A DNA stretch of 64,000 nucleotides from Escherichia coli (GCF_003334785.1 NZ_QOWV01000005.1); one strand, 5' to 3'. Positions 34,012-47,550 are shown, numbered from the stretch's first letter. Notes: generated by a model from the letters alone, not told the origin. Program-made: numbers and translations.

Positions 34012-35430
34012 TCACACTTCCTCTATAAATTCAGGTTCAGTTTGCGGGTAGAAATAACGGTACTGATAATGAATCTGTGCGCGGGCTTCTTCCGGGCTGT
34101 TAAATTCCCCTACGCCATACCAACCGAACAGCGCAGCTCCTGCGACGGTCGTTTCGGCGTCGTCGAGAACTTTTACCGGAATATCAAGCATATTGGCTTT
34201 AATCTGATTCCACAATGTGTTGCGACTTCCTCCACCGACTAACAATAATTCAGAGGCCTTAAAGTGCCCGATTTTTTCCAGCATCTGTAGATTGCGCTGT
34301 AATTGCGCAGTTAACCCTTCCAGCGCCGCGCGATAGAAATGCCCCCGCGTGGTATTAAGCGTCACTCCTTGCCAGCCAGCGTTCTGACACGACAATAAAT
34401 CACACTGCATTTTTACGCCATCCGCGCCAGGCGCGATCAGACGAGCTTCTTCAATCAACATTTGCCAGGGTGTTTCAGCCGTCCAGAACAGTTTTCTCAC
34501 CCATTCCAGCACGCCGGATGCCAGCCATTGCATACCTGGGTTATACAACCCTGCCTGGCTATCCAGTTCGCAGGTGGAACCGGCGTACTGACTTAACAGC
34601 GAAGTATCAACCTGGGCGCTGCGAACCATTAAAATTTCCCATGTACCGGAAGAGAGCACGGGTTCATTTTGTTCAGCACCAGCGCCAAAAAGGGCGAACT
34701 GGGTATCGTGACCTGCGGAAATCACCGGTATGCCAACGGGTAAGCCGAGCATTGCTGCGGCGCTGTTCTGTAGCGTACCAATCTGTTCACCCGCTTCCAC
34801 CAGACGAGGGAAGAGTCGGCGTGGAATACCGGTGGCTTGTAAAATTTGCGGACTGAAATCGCGTTGCTGGATATCCAGCATCTGGCTGGTTCCGGCCATC
34901 GTGATATCAGTAGTGAATTCGCCGGTTAAACGGTGGTTAATCAGCGACGAAATAAAGAGCCAGGCGTGCGCGCGTTCCAGCAGTTGTGGATGATTTTCTT
35001 TCAACCACACCAACTTATATAACGTATTGAAACTAAAGGCTCCGACGCCAGAAATAGCCTGCAACCGCTGTGCGGAGATTAACCGTTCAATATTGTCCAT
35101 AACCGCTGCTGTTCGCGGACATTTCCAGCTAATAATCGGATAGAGCAGATTGCCTTGCTTATCTACCAGAGCGCCATCCACACCAAAGGTGGTGACGGCG
35201 ATACCGCGGATGTGGCATTCAGTCAGTTCACTATTGATTTGCCGACAGCAATCAGCAAAGCGTTGCAAAATGGCGTCTAAAGACCACTGGTGCCAGGTGT
35301 TGTTTTCCATCGCGATATCGCTGGCATTAGGCGTTGAGGCGCGGGCAACAATTTTGCCCTGCCGATTAACCGCGATGGCCCTGACATTGGTCGCGCCACA
35401 GTCGAGTACCAGGATAACTTCTTGTTTCAT
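34012..35430 (-). CDS. fucK: L-fuculokinase FucK (FGGY kinase); start placed at [15 protein letters not shown]
   Basis: The track ORF (482 aa) extends 10 codons upstream, but that ATG sits inside a palindrome and the internal Met is preceded by AGGAG at canonical spacing; 472 aa from the internal start. Confidence 0.88.
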
Positions 35431-35538
35431 AATCGCTCCTGCAATATAGCCGGATAACATTGCTTATCCGGCTAACCACTCTTGCTTGTTCAGGCCCGGT
35501 AGCCGGAGCGACCGGGCATCACATCAGGGAGTAATGTA

Positions 35539-37314
35539 TTAACGCTTGTACAACGGACCGTAGTTCTGGCAAGCGCGGTAATCCTGGCCTTCAATATCCA
35601 TGCCGTGCGCAGCCCAGGCAGAAGGACGATACACTTTGGTCTCTTCAACGTTGTGCATACATACCGGGATACGCAGCATGGAGGCGAGAGTGATAAAGTC
35701 TGCGCCAACGTGGCCGATGGTCAGAACCCCATGGTTAGCGCCCCAGTTCGCCATTACCGAGTACACATCCGTAAACGGCCCTTTACCGGTGAGGCGCGGT
35801 GCAAACCAGGTGGTTGGCCAGGTTGAGTTGGTGCGTTTGTTGAGGATGTCATGCACATCCTTCGGCAATTCCACGCTCCAGCCTTCCGCGATTTGCAGTA
35901 CCGGTCCCAGGCCTTTGATGATGTTGACACGAGTCATGGTGAACGGGACGCCGCCTTCGGTAAGGAAGCGGGAAGAGTAACCGCCGCCACGGAAGTATTC
36001 GTGGATCGCCGGGCACCATTCGGTAGCGGCGAGGCAAGCGTCAGCCTCTTGCTGAGAGATTTCCCAGTGTGGCTTCATCGTCGGGTTACCTTCGCTGTCG
36101 CGTTGTTTACAGGAACCGTCCAGCGCAGCAGAACCGGAGTTGATCAAATGGATGATGCCGTGTTCTGCCAGTCCATCCAGTTTATGCCCCGTTACACGCT
36201 CAATTGCTTCTGGTGACCAGTAGGTACGCACATCGGCAAATACCTGAGCGGTGCCGGTGAGCTGGTGACCCATTAGCATTGCCACGCCGTTAAGACTGTC
36301 GTTTTCGGTCGCCACGACAAAGGGTTCGCGCACGCCATTCCAGTCAAATGAACTGTTGAGGATCGCTTCGGCGGTGTCACCATTGGGATATTGATCGGTC
36401 CAGTGACGTTGCCCCTGGAAGCCCGCAGCGATGGCGTTGTAGCCAAGTGATTCTTCCACGCGACCAATATCGGCCAGTTTGCTGTTGCCTTGCATCATGT
36501 CGCGGATACACATCGCCATCAGTAAACTTTCGCGCAGAACTGCGCGGCTTTGCTCGGCATTACGTTGATACTGTTTGTTATTTTCATCTTCGCCATAGCG
36601 GAAGTTTTTATCAGCCCAGGCCAGTGCCATTTCCAATTCGGCTTCGTCGTAAATCTTCTGATCGATACGGCGACGCAGTTCGGTCATATCCACCGCCTGG
36701 ACTTTCATTCCCAGCCAGGATTCAAAGAAGTTGTGATCAACAATGGAACCGGCGATACCCATCGAAACGCCGCCCAGCGACAGATAGCTTTTACCTTTCA
36801 TGCTGGCGACGGCCAAACCGGCGCGGGCAAAGCGCAGCAGTTTTTCTTCAACATCGGCAGGAATCGATGTGTCATCGGCATCCTGAACGTCATGACCGTA
36901 AATGGAGAATGCTGGGATGCCTTTCTGGCTGTGAGCTGCCAGAGCCGCTGCCAGGTAAACAGCGCCGGGGCGTTCAGTGCCGTTAAAGCCCCAAATGGCC
37001 TTCGGGCGGGTTGGATCCATGTCGATGGTTTCACTGCCATAGCACCAGCAAGGCGTTACCGTAATGGTGAGGCCTACATTCTGACTGCTGAATTTTTCTT
37101 CGCAAGCAGCGGCTTCAGCCATACCCGCGATACAGGTATCGGAAATGACACACTCGACGGCAGCTCCGCAGGCATGGCGCAGTTTCTCGGTCAGCAGTGC
37201 GGCCGTAGCTTTCGCCATATTCATTGTTTGTTCTTCAAGCGACTCACGAACACCCATGCGACGACCGTCAATAACCGGGCGGATACCAATTTTCGGTAAG
37301 CTGATTTTTTTCAT
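35539..37314 (-). CDS. fucI: L-fucose isomerase FucI
   Basis: 591-aa ORF starting [36 protein letters not shown]. Confidence 0.96.
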   Translation of the reverse strand: MKKISLPKIGIRPVIDGRRMGVRESLEEQTMNMAKATAALLTEKLRHACGAAVECVISDTCIAGMAEAAACEEKFSSQNVGLTITVTPCWCYGSETIDMDPTRPKAIWGFNGTERPGAVYLAAALAAHSQKGIPAFSIYGHDVQDADDTSIPADVEEKLLRFARAGLAVASMKGKSYLSLGGVSMGIAGSIVDHNFFESWLGMKVQAVDMTELRRRIDQKIYDEAELEMALAWADKNFRYGEDENNKQYQRNAEQSRAVLRESLLMAMCIRDMMQGNSKLADIGRVEESLGYNAIAAGFQGQRHWTDQYPNGDTAEAILNSSFDWNGVREPFVVATENDSLNGVAMLMGHQLTGTAQVFADVRTYWSPEAIERVTGHKLDGLAEHGIIHLINSGSAALDGSCKQRDSEGNPTMKPHWEISQQEADACLAATEWCPAIHEYFRGGGYSSRFLTEGGVPFTMTRVNIIKGLGPVLQIAEGWSVELPKDVHDILNKRTNSTWPTTWFAPRLTGKGPFTDVYSVMANWGANHGVLTIGHVGADFITLASMLRIPVCMHNVEETKVYRPSAWAAHGMDIEGQDYRACQNYGPLYKR

Positions 37315-37346
37315 TACAGATTCCTCACTTTATTCGGAAAATATGT

Positions 37347-38663
37347 TCAGTTAGTTGCCGTTTGAGAACGGAAACGGGCAAAGATAAAGATGACCGCGAA
37401 GCAGAGTGCGGGGATCAGTTCAGCAGTGGGGATGTTGCCCGCCGCGTCACTGACAAAACCCATGACCGGAGTGACAATACCGCCGCCAATAATGGTCATA
37501 ACGATGAAGGACGAACCATATTTGGTGTCCTGGCCGAGATTCTTAATGCCCAGCGAGAAGATTGTTGGGTACTGAATCGACATAAAGGCGCTGCATAAAG
37601 TCAGGGCTATTAAGCCCACATGACCGCCAGCGAAGGCTGAGATCAGGCACAGTGCCATAGCGATTAATGCGTAGGCGGCCAGGACTTTGTGTGGTGCGAA
37701 GCGACTGATGAGCCAGGTACCGGTGAAACGACCAATAAAGAAGCACACCATGGTTCCGGTTAAATAGTTAGCGGCAAAGCCTGCAGTCATACCTGGAATT
37801 TCTTCTACAGCGTAGCGAATCAAATAGCTCCAGCAGGCCGTTTGTGCGCCGACATAGCAGAATTGCGCTAATACCGCCCAGCGCCAGTGGCGAATACGCG
37901 CCAGGCGAGAAAGCGATGCGGAGAACGATCCTTGTTTGGCGTCACTGTGATTATCACTCTGCAATGCCGGGAATTTCGTCAGCATGATCAGCAGGGCGAC
38001 CAGTAACACGATAGCCACGATGATCATATAAGGTGTCTGTACCGATAATACCAGGCTGTGTTTATACGCACTCAATTGCTCTGGAGACATTTTATCGAGA
38101 ACGTCTTGCGATTGATGTGGCACGTTAGACAAAATAAGACTTTGCCCAAAGACAACCGCGATAATTGCGCCAAACGAGTTAAATGTTTGCGCAAGATTTA
38201 AGCGGAAGTGACCACTACTTTCCGGCCCTAATACCGTAACAAAAGGGTTTGCGGCAGTTTCCAGACAACCTAATCCGGCTGCAATAATAAATAGGCCAAC
38301 TAAAAATAAGGTGTAGTTCATTATTTCTGCGGCGGGCCAGAATAATGCAGCACCCAAGGCATATAAAAATAACCCGGTAATAATCCCTGCTTTATAACTG
38401 AGTTTTTTCATCAATATCCCAGCAGGGATTGGGATAATGAAATAACCAAAGTAAAAGGCCGATTGGATCAGGCCAGCCTGGAAATTTGTCAGCGTAAAAG
38501 CCTGCTGGAATTGAGGTAATAAAATGTCGTTAAGGTTATTGGCTACCGCCCAAAGAAAAAACAGTGAGCACAGCAGCGCGAATGGAATAATGTAACTTCT
38601 GCTTTGCCCTGCATCTTTATCTACCGCACGGTAACTCTGCGTTTGTATTGATGTGTTTCCCAT
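37347..38663 (-). CDS. fucP: L-fucose:H+ symporter FucP (MFS)
   Basis: 438-aa polytopic membrane ORF; first gene of the fucPIKUR transcription unit. Confidence 0.95.
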   Translation of the reverse strand: MGNTSIQTQSYRAVDKDAGQSRSYIIPFALLCSLFFLWAVANNLNDILLPQFQQAFTLTNFQAGLIQSAFYFGYFIIPIPAGILMKKLSYKAGIITGLFLYALGAALFWPAAEIMNYTLFLVGLFIIAAGLGCLETAANPFVTVLGPESSGHFRLNLAQTFNSFGAIIAVVFGQSLILSNVPHQSQDVLDKMSPEQLSAYKHSLVLSVQTPYMIIVAIVLLVALLIMLTKFPALQSDNHSDAKQGSFSASLSRLARIRHWRWAVLAQFCYVGAQTACWSYLIRYAVEEIPGMTAGFAANYLTGTMVCFFIGRFTGTWLISRFAPHKVLAAYALIAMALCLISAFAGGHVGLIALTLCSAFMSIQYPTIFSLGIKNLGQDTKYGSSFIVMTIIGGGIVTPVMGFVSDAAGNIPTAELIPALCFAVIFIFARFRSQTATN

Positions 38664-39209
38664 AGCATCCTCTTAGGTTCAGAAGCTTAAGCACGTAATC
38701 GGTTATGTTTTCAAAAGTGCAAAACCAGCGAGTTCGGGCTTCATATCAGTGAATATTTGCCTGTCTGAAATGAACTCATGGATTCATTTTCAAATAAAAA
38801 ACGCTCTGTAATATGACGGCGGTCACACTTATTAGCTAGAAGGTGACTTTATGTGACTACCATCACTTTAATAATCGAAATTTCATGCCCGTTTCAGAAA
38901 ATAAATCATAAAAAACACAAATCAGATGACCGTATTAATTGTTTGTGCCGAAAACGGTCATTCCGGGCTTGGAGGAATAGAAAAATGACCGTTTTGATAA
39001 ATATTTTTAAGAGCGGTCATTTTTAATGGGGTTATAAAAAGAGAACTTGCAGTTATTTACTGTGATTAGTTGAACCAGGTCACAAAATATAAGCTTGTGA
39101 ATTTCTTTCTTGTTAATCAGGAAGAAGATGGTGGGTAATTAAACGGCTAATTCAATAGTGTGAAAGGAACAACATTATTGCCCTGTTTTGAATCAGAGAG
39201 AGGTAGCTA
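38664..39209. promoter_or_regulatory. Divergent fucPIKUR / fucAO control region
   Basis: 546-bp AT-rich gene-free spacer between divergently transcribed fucP and fucA; FucR- and CRP-dependent promoters are expected here from established knowledge; individual sites not mapped. Confidence 0.6.
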
Positions 39210-39857
39210 ATGGAACGAAATAAACTTGCTCGTCAGATTATTGACACTTGCCTGGAAATGACCCGCCTGGGACTGAACCAGGGGACAGCGGGGAACGTCA
39301 GTGTACGTTATCAGGATGGGATGCTGATTACGCCTACAGGCATTCCATATGAAAAACTGACGGAGTCGCATATTGTCTTTATTGATGGCAACGGTAAACA
39401 TGAGGAAGGAAAGCTCCCCTCAAGCGAATGGCGTTTCCATATGGCAGCCTATCAAAGCAGACCGGATGCCAACGCGGTTGTTCACAATCATGCCGTTCAT
39501 TGCACGGCAGTTTCCATTCTTAACCGATCGATCCCCGCTATTCACTACATGATTGCGGCGGCTGGCGGTAATTCTATTCCTTGCGCGCCTTATGCGACCT
39601 TTGGAACACGCGAACTTTCTGAACATGTTGCGCTGGCTCTCAAAAATCGTAAGGCAACTTTGTTACAACATCATGGGCTTATCGCTTGTGAGGTGAATCT
39701 GGAAAAAGCGTTATGGCTGGCGCATGAAGTTGAAGTGCTGGCGCAACTTTACCTGACGACCCTGGCGATTACGGACCCGGTGCCAGTGCTGAGCGATGAA
39801 GAGATTGCCGTAGTGCTGGAGAAATTCAAAACCTATGGGTTACGAATTGAAGAGTAA
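39210..39857 (+). CDS. fucA: L-fuculose-phosphate aldolase FucA (class II aldolase)
   Basis: 215-aa ORF starting MERNKLARQIIDTCLEMTRLGLNQGTAGNVSVRY. Confidence 0.96.
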   Translation: MERNKLARQIIDTCLEMTRLGLNQGTAGNVSVRYQDGMLITPTGIPYEKLTESHIVFIDGNGKHEEGKLPSSEWRFHMAAYQSRPDANAVVHNHAVHCTAVSILNRSIPAIHYMIAAAGGNSIPCAPYATFGTRELSEHVALALKNRKATLLQHHGLIACEVNLEKALWLAHEVEVLAQLYLTTLAITDPVPVLSDEEIAVVLEKFKTYGLRIEE

Positions 39858-39884
39858 TTTCGTAAAGCAACAAGGAGAAGGATG

Positions 39885-41033
39885 ATGGCTAACAGAATGA
39901 TTCTGAACGAAACGGCATGGTTTGGTCGGGGTGCTGTTGGGGCTTTAACCGATGAGGTGAAACGCCGTGGTTATCAGAAGGCGCTGATCGTCACCGATAA
40001 AACGCTGGTGCAATGCGGCGTGGTGGCGAAAGTGACCGATAAGATGGATGCTGCAGGGCTGGCATGGGCGATTTACGACGGCGTAGTGCCCAACCCAACA
40101 ATTACTGTCGTCAAAGAAGGGCTCGGTGTATTCCAGAATAGCGGCGCGGATTACCTGATCGCTATTGGTGGTGGTTCTCCACAGGATACTTGTAAAGCGA
40201 TTGGCATTATCAGCAACAACCCGGAGTTTGCCGATGTGCGTAGCCTGGAAGGGCTTTCCCCGACCAATAAACCCAGTGTACCGATTCTGGCAATTCCTAC
40301 CACAGCAGGTACTGCGGCAGAAGTGACCATTAACTACGTGATCACTGACGAAGAGAAACGGCGCAAGTTTGTTTGCGTTGATCCGCATGATATCCCGCAG
40401 GTGGCGTTTATTGACGCTGACATGATGGATGGTATGCCTCCAGCGCTGAAAGCTGCGACGGGTGTCGATGCGCTCACTCATGCTATTGAGGGGTATATTA
40501 CCCGTGGCGCGTGGGCGCTAACCGATGCACTGCACATTAAAGCGATTGAAATCATTGCTGGGGCGCTGCGAGGATCGGTTGCTGGTGATAAGGATGCCGG
40601 AGAAGAAATGGCGCTCGGGCAGTATGTTGCGGGTATGGGCTTCTCGAATGTTGGGTTAGGGTTGGTGCATGGTATGGCGCATCCACTGGGCGCGTTTTAT
40701 AACACTCCACACGGTGTTGCGAACGCCATCCTGTTACCGCATGTCATGCGTTATAACGCTGACTTTACCGGTGAGAAGTACCGCGATATCGCGCGCGTTA
40801 TGGGCGTGAAAGTGGAAGGTATGAGCCTGGAAGAGGCGCGTAATGCCGCTGTTGAAGCGGTGTTTGCTCTCAACCGTGATGTCGGTATTCCGCCACATTT
40901 GCGTGATGTTGGTGTACGCAAGGAAGACATTCCGGCACTGGCGCAGGCGGCACTGGATGATGTTTGTACCGGTGGCAACCCGCGTGAAGCAACGCTTGAG
41001 GATATTGTAGAGCTTTACCATACCGCCTGGTAA
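39885..41033 (+). CDS. fucO: Lactaldehyde reductase / L-1,2-propanediol oxidoreductase FucO (iron-containing ADH)
   Basis: 382 aa from second Met (MANRMILNETAWFGRGAVGAL). Confidence 0.95.
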   Translation: MANRMILNETAWFGRGAVGALTDEVKRRGYQKALIVTDKTLVQCGVVAKVTDKMDAAGLAWAIYDGVVPNPTITVVKEGLGVFQNSGADYLIAIGGGSPQDTCKAIGIISNNPEFADVRSLEGLSPTNKPSVPILAIPTTAGTAAEVTINYVITDEEKRRKFVCVDPHDIPQVAFIDADMMDGMPPALKAATGVDALTHAIEGYITRGAWALTDALHIKAIEIIAGALRGSVAGDKDAGEEMALGQYVAGMGFSNVGLGLVHGMAHPLGAFYNTPHGVANAILLPHVMRYNADFTGEKYRDIARVMGVKVEGMSLEEARNAAVEAVFALNRDVGIPPHLRDVGVRKEDIPALAQAALDDVCTGGNPREATLEDIVELYHTAW

Positions 41034-41051
41034 ATGCGCTGATGTGATAAT

Positions 41052-41081
41052 GCCGGATACGACGTTTGCGGCGTATCCGGC
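41052..41081. terminator. Palindromic hairpin between convergent fucO and xni
   Basis: GCCGGATACGACG-TTTG-CGGCGTATCCGGC inverted repeat. Confidence 0.5.
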
Positions 41082-41087
41082 TCGCCG

Positions 41088-41954
<867 letters not shown>

Positions 41955-43322
41955 TTAATCGCAGGCAACGATCTTCATTGCCAGGCCGCCGCGAGAGGTT
42001 TCGCGGTACTTGGCGTTCATATCTTTACCTGTTTCGTACATGGTTTCGATAACTTTATCGAGGCAGACGCGCGGCTCGCTGGTACGGCGCAGCGCCATAC
42101 GTGCGGCGTTCACCGCTTTTACTGCCGCAATGGCGTTACGCTCGATGCATGGCACCTGTACCTGTCCGGCGACCGGGTCACACGTCAGACCGAGGTTGTG
42201 CTCCATGGCGATTTCCGCCGCGATGCACACCTGCGCCGGGCTTGCGCCTAATAGTTCTGCCAGACCAGCCGCCGCCATTGAGCACGCCACGCCAACTTCA
42301 CCCTGGCAACCCACTTCAGCACCAGAAATCGACGCGTTCATCTTATAAAGAGAACCAATGGCGCTGGCTACCAGCAGGTAACGAGCCAGTGAGTTAGCGT
42401 TCACTTCGCGGATAAACTTGTCGTAGTACGCCAGAACTGCCGGGATAATCCCGCACGCACCGTTAGTCGGCGCAGTCACCACGCGACCGCCAGCAGCGTT
42501 CTCTTCGTTCACTGCCAGTGCAAACATGTTGATCCAGTCAACAACCGCCATCGGGTCAGTGGTGGTTTTATCCTGGCTGACCAGCATCCGGCGTAGTGCC
42601 GCAGCACGGCGTGGAACGCGCAGTTTGCCAGGCAACACGCCTTCGGTGGAAATACCGCGCTCAATACCGCCGCGCATGACTTCCCAGACGTTCGCCAGGT
42701 GCTGTTCCAGCTCTTCTTTGCTGTGCAGCGCCAGCTCGTTTTTCATCATCAGGCCAGAGAGTGACAGCCCGGTTTCCTGACAATGTTTTTGCAGATCGGC
42801 TGCTGAACTGTACGGATAAGGAACTTCAACCGGTGCGCTATCCTGCTGGCCAAAATGCTCTTCATCAACGATAAAGCCACCGCCAATAGAGTAGTAAGTC
42901 TGGCTGTAAACGACTTTATCGCCCGCCAGCGCGGTAATGCGCATACCGTTTTCATGCAGAGAAAGGTTGTCGGCGTGGAAGTTCATGCACTGATCAACCG
43001 GGAACTCCACTTCATGCTGACCGTTTGCCAGCATCAGGCGACCATGAGTATTCACATCCTGAATAAAACTGGGGATGGAATCGATATCCACGGTATCCGG
43101 CAGGTTACCCGCCAGGCCCATAATAATGGCGATATCAGTGTGGTGGCCTTTACCGGTCAGAGAGAGCGAGCCGTACACGTCAACCACCACGCGGGTCACG
43201 TCTTTAAGCAGGTTACGGGCAATCAGATCGTCGGTAAATTGTTTACCCGCTTTCATTGGTCCAACGGTATGAGAACTGGAAGGGCCAATGCCGATTTTGA
43301 AAATATCGAATACGCTAATCAT
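41955..43322 (-). CDS. sdaB: L-serine dehydratase 2 SdaB
   Basis: 455-aa ORF starting MISVFDIFKIGIGPSSSHTVGPMKAGKQF. Confidence 0.96.
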   Translation of the reverse strand: MISVFDIFKIGIGPSSSHTVGPMKAGKQFTDDLIARNLLKDVTRVVVDVYGSLSLTGKGHHTDIAIIMGLAGNLPDTVDIDSIPSFIQDVNTHGRLMLANGQHEVEFPVDQCMNFHADNLSLHENGMRITALAGDKVVYSQTYYSIGGGFIVDEEHFGQQDSAPVEVPYPYSSAADLQKHCQETGLSLSGLMMKNELALHSKEELEQHLANVWEVMRGGIERGISTEGVLPGKLRVPRRAAALRRMLVSQDKTTTDPMAVVDWINMFALAVNEENAAGGRVVTAPTNGACGIIPAVLAYYDKFIREVNANSLARYLLVASAIGSLYKMNASISGAEVGCQGEVGVACSMAAAGLAELLGASPAQVCIAAEIAMEHNLGLTCDPVAGQVQVPCIERNAIAAVKAVNAARMALRRTSEPRVCLDKVIETMYETGKDMNAKYRETSRGGLAMKIVACD

Positions 43323-43379
43323 AGGAAATACATCGCGTTAAAACGGAGGAAGCGCCGCCCGAAAGCGGCGCGAAAGGAC

Positions 43380-44669
43380 TTAGCTGAACAGAGAGTAGAA
43401 GATTGCGGAGATTGCAATCAGACCCATCACGACAACGAATACGTTGCTGATGTGACCGCTGTACTTACGCATTGCCGGTACTTTCTGAATTGCGTACATC
43501 GGCATCAGGAACAGGATCATCGCGATGATTGGACCGCCCAGGGTTTCAATCATACCCAGGATGCTCGGGTTCAGGGTGGCAACAATCCAGGTCGTTACCA
43601 GCATGAACAGCGCAGTGATACGGTTCAGCTTGTTGATTTCGATAGACTTACCTTTACCACGCAGAGATTTAATCACCATACCGTTGAAGCCTTCACGTGC
43701 GCCCAGGTAGTGACCGAGGAAGGATTTGGTGATAGCGATAATCGCGATAATCGGAGCCATCCACGCGATAACCGGTGCGTTAAAGTGGTTAGCCAGGTAA
43801 GACAGAATCGAGATGTTCTGCTCTTTAGCCGCAGCCAGGTCTGCCGGAGTCAGGCTCAGTACACAGCTGAAGACGAAGAACATTACGGTCAGCACCATCA
43901 TGATGTGTGCGAATGCCAGGATCTTCGAGCATTTCTGTTCTGCCATATCGCCGTACTCTTCACGCTTCGCAACGGCGAAAGAAGAGATGATCGGAGAGTG
44001 GTTGAACGAGAACACCATTACCGGAATTGCCAGCCACAGGGTCATCCACAGACCGTTTCCGGTTGCAGATGCAGTGTCCAGAGACAGCGTTTCCAGTGCA
44101 GCGCCGTTCCACTGCGGGATCAGGTACAGAGCCAGCAGCATCAGTACGCCAACAAACGGGAATACCAGAATACTCATCGCTTTAACGATCATCTGCTCAC
44201 CGAAGCGAACGATGGTCATCATACCCACGATCAGGATCAGCGACAGAATCGCACGCGGCGGTGGCGTCATACCCAGCTGGTGAGACATGAAGCTTTCAAC
44301 GGTATTGGTGATTGCCACGCTATAAACCAGCAGGATCGGGTAGATAGCGAAGAAGTAGAGCAGGGTAATCAGTTTACCTGCGCCAATACCAAAGTGTTCT
44401 TCTACAACCTCGGTGATGTCTTCGCCCGGGTTTTTACCAGACAGTACGAAGCGAGTCAGGCCGCGGTGAGCAAAAAACGTCATCGGGAACGCAAGGATAG
44501 CCATGATGATCAGCGGGATCATACCGCCAACACCGGCGTTGATTGGCAGGAACAGCACGCCCGCGCCGATTGCCGTGCCGTAAAGGCCCAGCATCCACAT
44601 GGTGTCTGTCTTGCGCCAGGCACTACGAGAGTCTTTCGACGCAATCGTGCTGGTTTGAGTCGTTTCCAT
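43380..44669 (-). CDS. sdaC: Serine:H+ symporter SdaC
   Basis: 429-aa polytopic membrane ORF upstream of sdaB in the same orientation. Confidence 0.95.
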   Translation of the reverse strand: METTQTSTIASKDSRSAWRKTDTMWMLGLYGTAIGAGVLFLPINAGVGGMIPLIIMAILAFPMTFFAHRGLTRFVLSGKNPGEDITEVVEEHFGIGAGKLITLLYFFAIYPILLVYSVAITNTVESFMSHQLGMTPPPRAILSLILIVGMMTIVRFGEQMIVKAMSILVFPFVGVLMLLALYLIPQWNGAALETLSLDTASATGNGLWMTLWLAIPVMVFSFNHSPIISSFAVAKREEYGDMAEQKCSKILAFAHIMMVLTVMFFVFSCVLSLTPADLAAAKEQNISILSYLANHFNAPVIAWMAPIIAIIAITKSFLGHYLGAREGFNGMVIKSLRGKGKSIEINKLNRITALFMLVTTWIVATLNPSILGMIETLGGPIIAMILFLMPMYAIQKVPAMRKYSGHISNVFVVVMGLIAISAIFYSLFS

Positions 44670-45225
44670 CTATTTCTCCTGGAGGAATGCAAATAATTCA
44701 GCTTTTAGCCAGTTCAGCCCGGGAAGGTGCCTGACCGTAAAAATGAAATCTGTCTATCGGCGATGGCTTAATCATTTACCGCCGTAATAATTTGAGGGCG
44801 GAAAGATACACACAAGTTATGTATCTATCAGTGATCTTGATCTCAAATACAATAATCTACTTGGAAGATAGATTATCCCAACGCTTTACTCTGTAAATCA
44901 AAAGTAAAAGAGAATTTAAGGGCAATATTTGCCCATTAAACGACATCTGACTTCTTCCGGGGCGCGCAATATATGTAGGTTGAACTGAAAAAATCAATAC
45001 TTTTAGTTAATCATGGCGATAATTTCTTTTTCATAGCGATAAAATACGGTTTATGAAAATAGGGAAACGTTTGCGTTGCAACATAAATTGTATGACATAT
45101 TAACTGTGATGATATTTGTCGCGTGAGGGTGGTAAGAAACATTCATATAACAAATGAAATGAGTTGATGAGTAAGTGACCAAAAACGAGAAAACCCGGCA
45201 ACAAACGTCACCGGGGGAGCGGAGA

Positions 45226-46590
45226 TTACGTGCAGATTTCGTAGCAAGGGATGTAGGCTGAGCCTGGCAACTTCATACGATGCTGGGCAACAAAACCCTG
45301 TAGCAGGTCGTCCATACGACGCATAATCTCTTTATCGCCGTTGATTTTGTAAGGACCAAACTCTTCAATGGCGCGAATACCGACTTCTTTTACGTTACCC
45401 GCCACAATACCGGAGAACGCACGGCGCAGGTCGGCAGCCAGCACTTCAACAGGTTGATCCGGGTAAAGCTTCAGATTAGCCATATTCTCGTGAGACGGCT
45501 CAAACGGCATTTGCAAATCTGGCGCAATGCGCATTGACCAGTTAAAGCTGTAGGCATCGCCTGTATCACGGCGATTTTCTTTCACCAGCGGCATCGATTT
45601 TTTCATCTGACGAGCGACTTCAGCTGCGTCATCAATGATGATGCGGTAATGGCGGCGCGCGTTTTCACCCAGCGTATGCACGACAAACTCGTCCAGTACG
45701 CGGAAGTAGTCGGCGCTCTCTTTCGGGCCGGTGAGGATCAATGGTAAAACCTGATCTTTGTTGGCCGGGTTCATTAAAATTCCCAGCAAATAGAGCAACT
45801 CTTCTGCCGTACCCACACCGCCAGGGAAGATAATGATACCGTGAGCGATACGGACAAACGCTTCCAGACGTTTTTCGATATCTGGCATGATGATCAATTC
45901 GTTGACCAGCGGGTTAGGCGGTTCAGCGGCGATAATCGACGGCTCTGTCATACCAATAAAACGACTGTCTTTGTAACGCTGCTGCGCGTGTCCGACCGCA
46001 GCACCTTTCATCGGCGCTTCCATCGCTCCCGGACCACAGCCGGTGCAGATATTCAGCTCACGCAGGCCCAGCTGGTTTCCGACGCGACGGGCATACAAAT
46101 ACTCGTTTTCGTTAATTGAGTGACCGCCCCAGCAGACCACCATATTTGGCGCTTCACCCACATGCAGCGCGCGAGCGTTACGCAAGATGGAAAAGACCAG
46201 GTTAGTGATGTGGACGGAGTTGTCGAGATTCAGGTTGGGAAAACGAACGGTGTTATGGATTTGCCCGTAAACGAAGAGAATGTCACGCAGGACCGCGAAC
46301 AAGTTGGCCTGCAAAGCGCGAATAATTCGCCCATCGACAAAAGCCTCTTCCGGGGGATTAATCAGTTCCAGCTTTACGCCGCGTTCACGGCGCAAGACGT
46401 TAATATCGAAATTTTCAAAACGAGACAGCAATTCTTTGCTGTTATCGGTCAAACTACCGGAGTTCAGTACGGCAAGTGAACAGTTGCGAAACAGTTGATA
46501 GAGGTCGCTGCTGGCGGTGCGTTTAAGCATATCCACTTCCAGCTGCGACAACATATCCATGGAGCCAAGCGGGCTAATATGTGTAATCAA
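45226..46590 (-). CDS. ppnN: Nucleotide 5'-monophosphate nucleosidase PpnN (YgdH, LOG family)
   Basis: 454-aa ORF with LOG-family motif GGYGTAEELL-like [15 protein letters not shown]. Confidence 0.92.
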
Positions 46591-46701
46591 GAAAAACTCC
46601 TTATGGGACGAATATCGTCATTCCCTTTGATTACAATAGCCCTGCCTGATGACCTTTCACAACCTTCTGCGTGAATCCAGCACGCAAAATTGAGAAAAAA
46701 T

Positions 46702-47550
46702 TTATTGCCGAACCAGTCTTGTGGTCGATGGGACAAAATCGCTATTACTGCGCCACGGGTTAATGTCCAGACCGCCACGACGGGTATAACGTGCGTAAAC
46801 GCTCAATTTTTCTGGCTGGCAGAAGCGTAACAGGTCATTAAAGATGCGTTCCACGCACTGTTCGTGGAACTCGTTGTGATGACGGAATGAGACCAGGTAA
46901 CGCAGCAGTTTTTCTCTGTCAATTTGGCGTCCACGATACTGAATTTGGAGCGAACCCCAATCTGGTTGATGGGTGATCAGGCAGTTTGATTTCAGCAGGT
47001 GGCTGACAAGCGTCTCTTCCACTACTTTTTCACCACAGGTGGCATTCTCCAGATAGTCAGTAGTGAATTCATAGTTATCGATAGTGATATCCTGGTCATC
47101 AATGCAAGTGCCATTAAAATGACCTATCGGCTGGCCTTCCAGTTCATCAAGACGATATAACGCCACGCTAATCTTACCCTGAGCGCAAGTGCTTAAGTCG
47201 CGCTCCAGCGTCTGGCGCACCTCATCCCAGTTATTAAAACGCGTCTGGTTAAAACTGTTGAGATAGAGCTTAAAACTCTTCGACTCAATCAGATTTACGC
47301 TGGTGTAATCAAGTTCAACATGACCGACAGCGACCTGCGGCAAACCTTTCGCATTCAGCCAGGAAAGTTCATACAGCGTCCAGATATCCGTACCGTGAAA
47401 AGGCAGGTTATCCGCTTTCAGACCCAGCGGGTCGCGATTCAGGCTGCGTGGAACGCCTTGCAGTAGGCTGGCGTCATAGGTATCCCGGTAATCGGTTGAT
47501 TTTCCAAGAGTCAGGCCCGCAAGTGCCTGATGGTTTGCATAAGAAGACAT
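46702..47550 (-). CDS. queF: NADPH-dependent 7-cyano-7-deazaguanine (preQ0) reductase QueF
   Basis: 282-aa ORF starting [35 protein letters not shown]. Confidence 0.94.
   Translation of the reverse strand: MSSYANHQALAGLTLGKSTDYRDTYDASLLQGVPRSLNRDPLGLKADNLPFHGTDIWTLYELSWLNAKGLPQVAVGHVELDYTSVNLIESKSFKLYLNSFNQTRFNNWDEVRQTLERDLSTCAQGKISVALYRLDELEGQPIGHFNGTCIDDQDITIDNYEFTTDYLENATCGEKVVEETLVSHLLKSNCLITHQPDWGSLQIQYRGRQIDREKLLRYLVSFRHHNEFHEQCVERIFNDLLRFCQPEKLSVYARYTRRGGLDINPWRSNSDFVPSTTRLVRQ

Noticed and set aside
36550-37299. 249-aa plus-strand ORF
   Set aside because: Antisense to fucI; no supporting features.
42855-44696. 613-aa plus-strand ORF spanning the sdaB-sdaC junction
   Set aside because: Antisense to two well-supported genes (sdaB, sdaC); low-complexity R/H/Q-rich translation; no recognisable domain. 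Long antisense ORFs are expected by chance opposite GC-rich coding DNA.
44670-45225. 556-bp gene-free AT-rich spacer between sdaC and ppnN, checked for an inserted element or sRNA
   Set aside because: No repeats, integrase remnants or hairpin-rich structure; consistent with the sdaC promoter and leader plus the ppnN terminator (CCCGGTGACGTTTGTTGCCGGG + T-run on the minus strand).
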